Below are positions 1 to 11,476 of a stretch of 37,558 nucleotides of DNA, in pieces. The translations under genes and the position numbers were made by a program. Position 1 is the stretch's first letter, and each line of letters begins with the position of its first letter. A model generated the notes under the pieces. It was given only the letters and a program-made list of their open reading frames with translations, ran no database searches and had not been told where the DNA came from. This DNA is from Paecilomyces variotii (taxonomy: Eukaryota), in the NCBI GenBank assembly GCA_004022145.1, contig RCNU01000036.1. The stretch is one strand, 5' to 3'.

Positions 1-10
1 ATATACTTAG

Positions 11-298
11 TGTTATAAAATAGCAGTTAGGACTTTATATAACTGTTATATTCTTACTATAGTTAGATTAAGAGTTATATAACTATTATAATCTCACTAT
101 AGTTAGATCGGGGATTTAGAAGAATTTATTCCTGAGCTCCCCTTTTTATTATTCTATTGTCTAAAAAGAATATATATTAAAGATATACCTTTATGTCTAT
201 ACTATAAGCCAATATTCTCTCTTCCCGAGTATCGGTATATACCCACTTAAGCCAGCATAATAGTCTAGGAAATTTATCTAAACCTATTCTTTTTAACT
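11..298 (+). mobile_element. Solo LTR of a Ty1/Copia family related to the element at 30959-36187
   Basis: Starts TGTTATAAAATAGCAGTTAGGACT and ends CCTATTCTTTTTAACT. Flanked by the 5-bp TSD CTTAG (6-10, 299-303). Both ends match the reverse complement of the LTRs at 30959-31231 and 35917-36187. Contains a 2-copy ~40-bp tandem repeat (~35-108). Confidence 0.88.
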
Positions 299-303
299 CT
301 TAG

Positions 304-2146
304 TCTAATATTTCTTTACTCTTCTGTATATATACTATAGTTCTACTTATATAATATTAGATTACTTTATAATTCTTCTATTCTCTATACTTAGTTATAC
401 TTTAAAGCTTAAGCTTCTATATAGCGTCCTATATTATTCCCCTTATTAATAGTACCTTTCCTATATTACTAGTAGTCTTCTAGAATTTTATCTTTTATTT
501 AAAGATTAATAATAATAAAAGCTTTAATTATAGTAGAGAATATAATTAAAGATAAGATTATATTATAATTAATTATACTAAATATAATACTTTAAGTTAT
601 TATAGATATTAGTCTTATATATCTCTTAAAGCCTATTAATATTAAAGAGATTTATAAAGATTATTATTATAAAGAGTAATTAGTAAAGCTAGTAACTAAT
701 ATTTATATAATAAGCTTCTTTAAAGTATAAGTTCTATTTATCTTTATTCTATAGAATTCTATAAGTATAATAGGCCTTATAAAATATTAAATAGATATAA
801 TTATCTATAGTTTAAATATTCTTAAAACCTATTAGCTTATATACTACTATAAGTAAATAGTTAAAAAATAGATTTATCTATAAAGTAATAATACTTGCTT
901 TAATTAATTTAAAGGGCCTTTATCTAATAATATATATACTTTCTTCTTCGTTTATTTCTAGGTAAAATAGCGGGAGAAGTTATAGAATAATAAAGGGTTA
1001 AATTTTATTATATCTGCTATAATAAAAGCTTACTTACTCTTTTATTAGTATTATACTAAAGAAAAGTTAATAACTTTAATATTACTTATTTTAAATAATT
1101 AGTAAGCTCTCTAATAAATGCTTTTATATTCTAGATATATTATAGATAATAGAATAGTCTTTTAGTAAGTAAATATAGAGAGTATAAGTACTAAGACTAA
1201 TCTTATAAATAAAGATTTTAATTAAAGAGATATTATATTGCTTCTAATACCTTAATATAATAGCTATTAATATAATTATAAATCTTATTAATACTTATAT
1301 TTAGCTTTATAGTTATATAGTTAAGTTCCTTATAAATATATTTATGCAAGTATTTAATTACTTTAATACTGCTATATATCTCTATCTTAATATAAGCCTT
1401 ATACTGCTGAATTAAGTAAGAATTATAGGGGATAATCTATTTATTCTTAATCTTATAAAGCTATTTACTGTAGTAAAGTCTTTAATCTTAATTTAAATTT
1501 CCCTATCTTAGTAATACTCTAGGTAAGTTTTTAGTTAAAATAGTTTTCTTATAAAAGAGCGTAAAGAAGTCCTTTAAATACCTTAATACTCTATTAATCT
1601 CCTTTATATAAAGTGCTTTAAAATTATAGTAGCTATATAGTTAGTAGATTAGGCTAGTAGTAATAGTATTATAGAGCTTAAGATTTTGCTATTTCTAGAG
1701 TTTTAGCTATTTATAAGTTACTTATTTATTAGTATCTAGTTAGAGCTTATTATTAGCAAATATTTCTGTATAAATAATTTTATTTATATTTAATTATAAG
1801 AGATTTAAAGTCGCCTTTAATTTAAAGCAGGAAATTAAATATAAGGGGGACTATACTTCTAGTATTTAATTACTTATTAACAATATACTCCCTAAAGATA
1901 AGTCCTTTATATAACTTAGAGATTAAGTTCTAGCAGTTTAATATAGAATATATAAGCTATTAAATTAAAATAGTTCTCCTAAGATTAAATTAAACTACTA
2001 TTTATACTATTTATATCTTTAATAAATTTAGCTTAAATCTTAATATAAGTTTGCTATAAAAGTAATAAAAAGATAAAGCTTATTAAATTTATAGATAATA
2101 GCTATAGTATTCTAATAGTATTATTATATAAAATAATTACTATTTA
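304..2146 (-). pseudogene. Helitron Rep/helicase relic, downstream segment (Rep HUH domain and following region)
   Basis: Minus-strand readings: KFNKLYLFITFIAN (~2055-2090; GKPxLFITFTxNP), VIKY*KYSPPYI (~1838-1873; VIE[FY]QKRGxPH), NK*IIPYNSYLIQQYKAYIKIEIYSSIKVIKYLHKYIYK (~1330-1447; DNRWVVPYN...HINVE...KYxxKYIYKG). These are hallmark Helitron motifs. Confidence 0.88.
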
Positions 2147-2151
2147 TAAAG

Positions 2152-2288
2152 TTTTAGTGCCCCTAGGAGCTCTAGTAGTAGTCGCCCGCGCTAGCAGCTA
2201 GCTTAATTAGTAGAGTAGTAGCTAGATAGATTAGTTTAGCTTAGCCCCTAGATAATTCTTTAATTAAGTATTTTTATTAGCTCTAAGA
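2152..2288 (+). repeat. 5' LTR of Copia-1
   Basis: Direct repeat of 7448-7584 and 13802-13919. Differences are transitions, apart from a 19-bp deletion in the solo copy. Confidence 0.93.
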
Positions 2289-4176
2289 GATTATAAGCTT
2301 AGCTTAGTCTTATTACTATTTTAAATAGATAAGCTAGATATCTTAGAGCTTTAATTTAATTAAAAGCTTTAACTAAATAATACCTATAATAAGAAGTTAA
2401 ACTAATAGACCTTTACCTCTAAATAGACTAATCCTTTAAGATAATAACCCTATTTTTAATATTAAACCCTCTAATAGCTCTAGTAGTTATAATTTATTAA
2501 AGATTAAAGCTGCTAAAAACTATATAAGATAAAATACCTATAGTGGCTAAATAATTAATTAGTAATAACAATTTTAATAACTAGCTCTAGCTAATTAAAG
2601 AAATTCTTAGAACTATAGATTATAAAGACTTAGTTAATATATCTATTAAGAGACCTATACTCTAAGATAAAGTTAAAATCTATAAAATATAAAAGAAGCT
2701 TAGCTTAATAGTAAAGAGCTAGATTAGCAGTTAGATAGACTATAAGCTAATTAAAACTATTAGAATTTTACCTAGTAAGCTAATCTATATAGATAAATAT
2801 ATTAAAACAATTAAAAAGGTTATTAACTATAGCTTAGCTTTAAGCAGACTCTTTATATTCTAATAAGCTATTACTATAATTAAATCCTAATATAGAATAA
2901 TTAAATAATATATTACTAAATTTAAAGATTATATAATAAAATTAAATAATATAAGCTTAATTCTTTTACCCTTTAGTATAATAACACTAATACTTAAATA
3001 GCTTAAATTTAAAATATTAGCCTAAATTAACTCCTACTATATTAAGTAAGCTTAATAAATTAAACCCCTAACTAATATAATAATAAAAGAATTCTAGTAA
3101 CTTAGCTTTAAAGCTATTAATTAAGCTAAATCTTATAAGAATACTTAGATAGTCCCTATTATATCTATAAATAAGACTCCTATTTAAGAGACTAGGCAAT
3201 TAAATAAACTATTAAAGAATCTACCTCTAAGTAAAGACCTTCTAAACTTTGCTTATAAAATATATAAGAAGAAGCTATTTTTTAAAGGTAAATATAAATA
3301 TTACTATATACTTAAATATAATTTTATAAATTATTATTATCTTAAGAAAGAAGTATCTAGACTGCTAAATTAAAAGAAAGTTAACTTTAGTCTATAAAAA
3401 TAAGATAAGGAGAAGAAGGATTTTAATAGCTTTATAGGGATAATAGTTTTAATAATACCTATTTTACCAACTGGCTAAATAGTAAACTTAGGGGTATATA
3501 GAAATATATATAATAACAAGTCCTAGTTTATTAAATATAGGGACTTTACCCCTAAAGAAAAGTAATAATATGAATATAATTATGCTAATAATATCCCAGA
3601 TAAAAGTAAAGGTAAAAATATTATTAGACTAAACCTAAAGCTTAATAGCAGTTATATAAATAGCATTCTTATCTATACCTTATATATATTAAAGTAGAAA
3701 TATTATCTATTCTCTATAATCTAAAATAAAATGCTATATAGAATATAATATAACTCTTAAAATAATAGACTAGTAAATATAGATATTAATTAAATTATTA
3801 AATATATATATAAAAATAAAGATATTTTATAGCTTAAGCTCTGCAGGCAGATTATTATATTAGTAATATTATTAAAGCTCCTATATAAGAGAATAGAATA
3901 TATTAATATTATAAAGCTTAAAGCTATTATTAAATTAAACCTTGTAGTTATCTAATTTACTAAAGATATAAACTTCTATTATAAAATATATTATATAGTA
4001 AAGATAAAGCAATTAATATCTAAAGACTTATAGCCCTGCATATTATAACTAGTAAAATTCTTTTATATAAATATTTAATCTATAAAGCTGCTAAGAATTT
4101 AAAAATATATTAATTATCTTATTATTATAGATAGCACTATAAGAATATAATTTATCTATATATTAAAATCGAAAAA

Positions 4177-4651
4177 TATCGGAAGTCTAGACGACTCAAC
4201 CAAAAAGGAGAACTTCTTAGAGGTCTGGTCCTAGCTAGATCTAACACACCCCCCTTAAATAAGGGGATTTTATAGAAATCTCCGCAGTCTAAACGTCTTA
4301 ATAGGACTTCTGTAATCCCTAAAAGTATATCCTAGCTCAGTAAGCAGGGGCAACCAGCAATCCCTATACCTTATAGTTATATAATAGTCGGAATAGTTGT
4401 CCACTTCCTTTCGTCTTCTACCTGTAGATCCGGGCTTATAATCTCCCAATTTTTATCTATTTATAGGTGCTGTTAGGTTATTAGTAGAATTTCTTTTAAA
4501 AATTTTTGTTCGTATTGCGCGGGAATCGAACCTAAGCCTTTTTTTTATCGAGGTTCTAGGGGTGGAACCGATATGCTACTATATCGGAAGTCTAGACGAC
4601 TCGACTAAAAAGGAGAACTTCTCAGAGGTTTGGTCCTAGCTGGATTTAACA
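4177..4651 (-). mobile_element. TRIM (non-autonomous miniature LTR element, 475 bp) nested in Copia-1
   Basis: 70-bp direct repeats at 4177-4246 and 4582-4651 (minus strand TGTT...CCGATA, i.e. RIPped TG...CA). TSD AAAAA (4172-4176, 4652-4656). Minus-strand PPT AAGGGGGGTG abuts the left repeat and PBS-like TAGTAGCATATCGG abuts the right repeat. The interior is non-coding. Confidence 0.9.
4522..4578 (-). promoter_or_regulatory. Putative RNA Pol III type-2 internal promoter (B box plus weak A box) inside the TRIM
   Basis: Perfect B box GGTTCGATTCC (minus, 4532-4522). A-box-like TAGCATATCGG (4578-4568) starts 46 nt upstream of it and overlaps the PBS. Confidence 0.5.
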
Positions 4652-7447
4652 AAAAATAAAGCTTTAAAATATATAATCTCCTTTATTAAAAAGATTAAAA
4701 ATATCTTATTAGTAGGTAATTATTTATAATACTAGAGAATTAATAATAGGAGAAAATTTTTAAACTTTAAATCCTAGGCTAAAGCTAAAGGATTAAAGGT
4801 TAAATTAATATCTCTATAAATCTTAAAAGATAATAGTACTTTAAAATACTATAAAAAATATCTTAATTTATTAACTTATATAATAATAATAGCTTTAAAA
4901 CTTCTAAAAAACCTCTAGCTATTTATAATTAAAACTACTATCTATATTATAAATAAATTACTATAGAAAGATAAGACTAAACCTTCTATTATAAAATAAA
5001 GGAGATATTTTAATATATTAAATAAAAATCCCTTCTTAAAATACCTATAAGTTTAAGGCTATTAAGTATATCTCTATATATTTAAAGAAAATAGGAAGCA
5101 AGCATTTAAAATAATATCTTATATCTAAGTTAGTTATCTAGTCAGATATAAGAAAGATAATAATTATATTTATAAGGTCTAAATCCTTAAAATAGGCGAG
5201 ATTAAATACTCTAGAGATATTATATTTTTTAAAAATCTTAATAATCTATTAACTTCTGCAATTATAAAAAATCCTATATTAAAGGATTTAGCGCCGACTA
5301 ATAGAGTAAAAATACCTATTCTAAGATAATATATTAAGAATCGACTATAAATAATAGACTTAATCTTTTAAAACAATTAAAGATATTATGTAATAACGTA
5401 TTAAAACTCTATTACCTATATCTTAAATTAAATAATAGACTAAACAGCAATTACTAGAAATATAAGAGAATATAGATATTATCTAATTTACTATAGGCAA
5501 CCTAAATATCTAGATAAATAAATTAGTTAACTAAGCTTTATCTAAGAATATCTTAATTTCTTTAAATCTATTGCAAGAAAATTTCTATAATATTAATCCT
5601 ATAGAATATAAAGATATTAATTATATTAATTTTATTAGCTTATAGCTTACAGGAGAATTAATAAAAGAAATATTATAATTTATATAAGATAGAAAGCTAG
5701 TAACTTAGCTAAGAGATAAATAAGCTTATAATATTTAAACAGCTTAAGCGAAGAAAGTAGTAAAAATTAAAGGGGGTAAATAATATAATATTTTAGCTCT
5801 AGCCCTATAATCTATATAAGCTTATAAAGTTAAAGTCCCTTATACCTATAAGTAAATAGTTAAATTCTTATAGGCCGGTAACTGATAATAAGCTATAAAA
5901 ACTTAAATATAGAAGCTTAAAATTAAGCTAACCTAATTATTAATCTCCTATTTAGATAATAAAGATATTAAAGTCCTTTTAAGGAAATAGATATATAATA
6001 TTAAGACTAATACTAATAGCTTCTTAAAAGAATATAGAGCTAAATAAATAGTCTACAGCAACTTTTAGCAGACTATTAAATATAAATAATATTATAGCCT
6101 AGTAATAAGCGAGACAGCTAGTAAACTATTCCTAACCCTTATTACTATATATAGGTTATATTAGATTTAATATAATATTATTATAGCTTATTTAAATACC
6201 CTATTAAATAATAAATAAATTTATATATAATAGCTAATAGGATTTGCTATAGAGAATTATTAAGTCTGCCTATTTTACTACGCCCTATATAGACTATAGG
6301 CATCTACTAACCTATAAAATATAATACTTATAAATAAACTTTATAAGATAAGATTTATGCTACTAAAAGAAGATCTCTATATCTTTATATTAAATAGGGA
6401 ATAATATATTATTATTTATATTAATAATATGCTTGCAGCAGTATCTATAAAGAAAGATATTAATATTTTTATTATAATTTTAAGCAGTTGCTTTAATATA
6501 AAGATCCTTAATAAACCCTTTAACTTCTTAGATTATAAGCTTAATAGAGATTAGATACAGAAAATAATTATTATAAGCTAAGCTAATTATATATTAGCTA
6601 TTTTAGCTAACTCTAGCTTCTATAACAGTAAACTAATAAAAACTTAAGTCTCTATAATATTAATATATAAACTAAAGATTTTAGAGGAACTAGCTGATAA
6701 AGATATTAAAATTAAATATTAAATCCTTATTAGAAAGTTAAGCTAGTTAGTAACTAAAATATAGCCAGACTTAGTTTAAACTATAAACTACTTATAGTAA
6801 AAGATAACTTAAATAATAAAGATATTAAAGCAGCAAAATATTTATTATAATATATTTGCTAAGCTTCTAACTATAGTATTAAACTAGGAGCAGATCTTAA
6901 TAAAGGTATTAAAGTTTATATAGATATTAGTTACTAGGATAACCTTAATAGGACTTTAACTAAAGTATTTATAATCCTATATAAAGGCGTATCTATTAGC
7001 TAATCTAGTAAGAAATAGTAAATAATAGCTCTATTAATAATAATTACTAAATTCTATATATTAGATTCTGCAGTAAAAAAAGCTATATTTATAAGAAAGC
7101 TAGCTTATACTTTAGGTCTTAAATAGGATCTAGAGATCCCTATATTTATTTAGACTAACGCAGCGAATGCCGCTATTTTAATTAGAAATAAGGGTTATAA
7201 ACCGATTACTAAATAGCTAGATAATTACTATTTCTTTATTTAATCTATAGCAGCTAATAATATAATTAAACTATAGAAAATTAACGGCAAAATAAACCCA
7301 GCAGACGGCCTAACAAAGCCGCTAAACTATATTAAATTTAAGGAGTTTTAGGAGCTTATAAAGTTAAGGAAACTAGATGTTTAAAGGGTTTAAATAAATT
7401 ACCTGATTAGGCAATTAGGCTGTCTGCCAGCGCAGTTAAAGGGAGTA

Positions 7448-7584
7448 TTTTAGTGCCCCTAGGGGCTCCAGTAGTAGTCGCCCGCGCCAGCGGCTAGCTT
7501 AGTCAGCAGAGTAGTAGCTAGATAGATCAGTTCAGCTCAGCCCCTAGATAGTTCCTTAATTAAGTATCTTTATTAGCTCCAAGA
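7448..7584 (+). repeat. 3' LTR of Copia-1
   Basis: Preceded by the PPT plus 2 nt and followed by TSD TAAAG. Less RIPped than the 5' copy. Confidence 0.93.
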
Positions 7585-7589
7585 TAAAG

Positions 7590-7860
7590 TATAATAGAAG
7601 AATACATAGTTTATTTTAATAAGATTAATGTTAATAGTAGCAGCGAGAGCTATTTTAATAATATTAGCCCGGAGCTATTTCTAGTTCTATTTAAACTAAT
7701 TTGACTTATATTACTTTATAGAGAGCTATATATTTATAATAAACTATTAAAAAAGATAGTTACTATATTAGAGGATTTTAGCAATTGCCCTATAGCAGTA
7801 CTATAATATAATATTCTGCCGGTAAAATGCTTAATTAGGATATTATATAACTCTAAAATT
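7590..7860 (-). pseudogene. Helitron Rep/helicase relic, upstream segment (5'-truncated)
   Basis: Minus-strand YLF**FIINI (GRLFQQFIVD) and *N*K*LRAN (NQKQLRAD). The motif ILLLYFINSNYFI**YY*NTIAI (ILPSxFxGGxRxMQQxYQDAMAI) reads straight across the Copia-1 insertion site. The right boundary is approximate. Confidence 0.8.
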
Positions 7861-7962
7861 CAGTAATTTAAATATAACGCTATCTGAGCAAAATAGCAGC
7901 TTTAAGTAACTCCTCCTCTAAGCAGTAACGCTAGTATTAAATATACTGTTTAAATTATTAAT

Positions 7963-9082
7963 ATGCCAGAATTTAATTAATTAGACGCTTATACTATTAT
8001 TATCCTAATACTTATATATATATTTTTTTAAACTAGATACGCCTTAAGAGATATATTATTAAAGCAACTCCTTATTATATATCTTTATAATTTAATTTAG
8101 CGACCTTACATAATATTATTATTATATAGTAGCTTTAGTTAGCCTCTTTAAATCAGTAAGCTATATAGAATCTTATATTAATTATATAGAAGATTTAATA
8201 GGGATAAAATCTAAGCTATTCTTCCTTATTTTAAACTTAATATAGTTATTTAGAAGAATTACGTTAATCTCTCTCTAGAGATAGCATTTAGTATTCTACT
8301 TGCTTATTTATCCTAGCCTTATAGAGGTATAGATTATAAATCCTTTTTTAGATATTTAGAATTATAGATTTTATTAGTTTTTGAATTTATGCTATAATAT
8401 ATCTATAGACGGTTTAAGGATATTATCTCTTAGCATTTGCTTTTAACTTATAATTATATATAATACTGTGCAGATACCTTTAAAATTATCAGTAGTATAA
8501 AAGATATCTGGGGGTTTATTAATAGAATCTTTTAATTTATATGCCGACCTAGTTAGAATTAATATTTCCTTTATTCTGGCTATAAAAAAGACTATAGATT
8601 TAAATACTAGGGTATCGCTACTTTTAACAGAATAATGCTATCTTATATAAGACTATTTAAAGGTAAAGTAAATAACTATACCCCATTTAAAAGGATATAA
8701 ATAAAAGAATGCTTTAAAGCTTTGCTTTGTAATTAAAGCCGGACTTTATATCTATATAGAGATTCTATATATACAGCATATTATATTATAACTCTATATA
8801 AGTAGACTAAGACCTTAACGCCTTTAGAGATAAACTTTAATATAAAGCTATTCTCAGACTATATATTAATAGAATAAGTATTTAGTATTATATAGACCTA
8901 TTAATATATAAATACTCTAGATATTAATCTATAACCAGTTAAGTAAGCAGTAGCTATAATCTATACTATATCTATTCTCCTAACAAATATTATAATATAA
9001 ATATTTATAGGGGAATTTAGTTAGTTCTCGCTATATTATATAACCTCCTTTATTAGATAATTATTTAGATAATCATTTATAA
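7963..9082 (+). pseudogene. PIF/Harbinger transposase relic (DDE_Tnp_4/HARBI1-like)
   Basis: Plus-strand DIWGFINR (IWGFIDG, ~8503-8526), ICRPS, YSGYKKDYRFKY*GIATFNR (YSGHKKxHGFKYQxxxTPDG), YLYRDSIY (YLYGDxAY), ILIE*VF (SVEWxFG) and ILLTN...PPLLDNYL. The ATG at 7963 is tentative and TIRs were not found. Confidence 0.85.
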
Positions 9083-9800
9083 CCGATCCCTACTTCTCTT
9101 AATAATATAAATGCCCTAGAATCTCTCTAATAATATACCTAAGCTTAAAAAATTATTTAAGCTAATTGCTTAAAGATCTTTAGCTACTGACTTTAGTTCT
9201 ATAATAGCTAACTTTAAATTGCTAAGCTCTTTTACAGTAAAAGATTTAAAATTATTAAGCTTCTTTAACTATATTATAAAAAGCTCCTTAATAGAGGATT
9301 TTAAATTATTAAGGTCTATCTTTATCCTCTTAATAGTCTCGGCTATTCTCTCTATATTATTCTTAGGTTTAATATTTAGTTATAATCTCTCTATTAATTT
9401 TACTAGGCTCGATTCTTAGGTTTAATATTTAGTTATAATCTCTTTATTAATTTTGCTAGGCTCGTAGCAATTAAATATCTTATTTAGCTATTAGTTATAG
9501 AGCTCTATTTAAGGATAGGAGAGCTTATTAGACTCTCTAAGTCTAATATTATTAGTTTTAAAGAATTATCTAATACTATTATCTTCTGCTTATTTAATCC
9601 TATAGTTAGTATTAAATTAATCTAATATTAACTATTCTTTTTAAGATCGGCTTATTTAGCTATTAACTTAGCCTTTATTTTTAATTAATTTTTATGTTTA
9701 AGGTCTTTCTAGCTAATCTATTTATTAATTATTGTTTGCAGGTTTAATTACGGTTTATATTTATTGCCCGTTTTATTTAACTCTAGATTTATCCTTTAAG
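9073..9800 (-). pseudogene. Probable Harbinger accessory ORF (coiled-coil C-terminus; Myb/SANT N-terminus expected but not confirmed)
   Basis: The minus frame reads NIERIAETIKRIKIDLNNLKSSIKELF...LKLAIIELKSVAKDL (heptad-like) and ends in TGA at 9075-9073, convergent with the transposase. Two-ORF organisation is established for PIF/Harbinger. The start is approximate. Confidence 0.5.
9359..9464. repeat. Tandem duplication, 2 x 53 bp
   Basis: ATTCTTAGGTTTAATATTTAGTTATAATCTCT...CTAGGCTCG occurs at 9359-9411 and 9412-9464 with two transition differences. Confidence 0.95.
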
Positions 9801-11193
9801 TATCTATTATTTATTTAACTCGCCATTAATATAAGACCCGACTATAATAAATCTTTATTTTATACTAATAGGTTCTAGAGACACGCGTCTAAAATAATTA
9901 AAGCGACTTATCTAAATATCTTTAATAAAGCCTATTATAGATCTAAAAAAGCGTAAGCTTTTTTTTTATTTAGTCCTCTTTTCTTTTATAGTAGTTTAAT
10001 TAGTCCTAGAGTAGAAGTAATAGTAGGTTAATTAGATTTATTTTTGCTATAGATATTATTATCTAGTAGTAATATTAAGTTTAAAGATAGATTTATTAGA
10101 GCTTTAAATTAAAATAGGGGTAATTAATCTGGGCCTAAGGACTAAGGAGTATTTATATTTAGCGCCTTTGCAAATAATAATACTCCTAAGAATATAGATT
10201 TTCTATTACTATCTTATAGTAAAAAAAAACTTTAATATTTAACCCTATATTTAATATAGCTTAGTTAGATATTAAGAGATACTGCTAGCTTTTTGATTAG
10301 GATAAATTTGCAATAAGCTAAGTAGCTTATAATATAAGCTACCTGGCTTATTATAATAACACTAGTAAATATACTATATAGACTACTTACTTTTAATAAT
10401 TTCAAATAGTATCCGAATAAGAAAATTCCTTATATTATAGTCCTCTATAGGGCGTTATTAAAATCCTCTATTATACTATATTAAAGTTATTTAAGTATTA
10501 AAATAGAAGCTAGTAATAATAAGTTAACGGCGTTATTTATATCTATTTATACTTATTAGCCCTTTAAGTAAAATTAATTAAACTAAGCTACTAATACTAC
10601 CCTTATCTACTTTAAGAGAAAAAGAGAATATATTAGAGAGAAATATATAATAAATAGAAATTATAAATTAATATAAGAGATTACCTTAAACTAATTTACT
10701 AAATAGTTAAAGAGCTTTAAAATACTAATATTAGTAAGAAAATCTTTATCTCTAGTTTTATTATTATTATTAAAATAATATCTATATTCTCTATTAACTA
10801 ATTAATTAGATTAGATATTAAGTATTATATAAAAAGAGAGTAAAATAAAGATAAATATTATAAAAACTTATTTAACTATACTTCTCTATAGTATTTAAGA
10901 TAGAACCTATTAGTTTAATTATTATAATAGCTAAATTATAAAAATACTATTTTATTAGAGATTAAATATAACTGCAAGATAAGATATAGATAATAAATAT
11001 AATATTAAAGGATACTAAGTATCTTATAGCTAAGAGAGAGCTATAAAAATTATTAAGCGCTACTAATTAAGTATATAACTTAATATTAAATTTAGGAGAT
11101 TTAATATATATAGGATAGCGAACTATAAGAATATTACCTTTAGCCCCCTTAGAAAGGCGCGTTATATATAGATTAATAGGGTAAAACCTAGTA

Positions 11194-11474
11194 GAGTTTT
11201 AGACCGTCAGCTCGGACAAACTGTTAGATTGGCTATTTACGTAAATAGTCGCTTTACTTACCTATAAATCCCCTATCTGCAATACCTTATAGGCAAAACA
11301 ATTAACACTATTTATTAAAATATATTAGAAACATATCTATTTAAATAATGCTATTAGTATATCTTTAAATTTTTATTCTTTTATAAAGAAATACCATAGG
11401 TTATAGTAAAACTCTTAAGAAAATTAATAGGGTATCTAAGCTGCTAGTCTATCCGAGCTAACAGTTTAAAACTC
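11194..11474. mobile_element. MITE (281 bp), Tc1/mariner-type TA target duplication
   Basis: ~30-bp TIRs GAGTTTTAGACCGTCAGCTCGGACA... / ...TATCCGAGCTAACAGTTTAAAACTC differing only by transitions. TA on both sides (11192-11193, 11475-11476). AT-rich non-coding interior. Confidence 0.85.
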
Positions 11475-11476
11475 TA

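Larger units (their letters stand above)
2152..7584 (+). mobile_element. Full-length RIP-inactivated Ty1/Copia LTR retrotransposon (Copia-1) with 137-bp LTRs
   Basis: LTRs at 2152-2288 and 7448-7584, TSD TAAAG (2147-2151, 7585-7589). Ty5-type PBS relic GATTATAAGC (=GGTTATGAGC) at 2289 and PPT AAAGGGAG at ~7438-7445. CCHC knuckle relic at ~3293-3335, RT YINN (=YVDD) at 6417-6428, RNase H end NPADGLTKPL at ~7295-7324. Confidence 0.95.

Noticed and set aside
4505..4581. Functional tRNA gene
   Set aside because: A B box is present, but I cannot fold acceptor, anticodon or T stems, and an A9 run sits where the anticodon/variable arm should be.
7446..7447. TA after the PPT as a RIPped canonical TG start of the Copia-1 LTR
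   Set aside because: The 5' LTR and the solo LTR lack it and their TSDs occupy those positions. It is better read as the 2-nt spacer between PPT and LTR.
9219..9419. 66-aa ORF from the supplied track as a small membrane protein
   Set aside because: It has a TTG start and an L/I/S/F-rich composition typical of RIPped antisense DNA. It is the shadow of the minus-strand coiled-coil frame and ends inside the 53-bp duplication.
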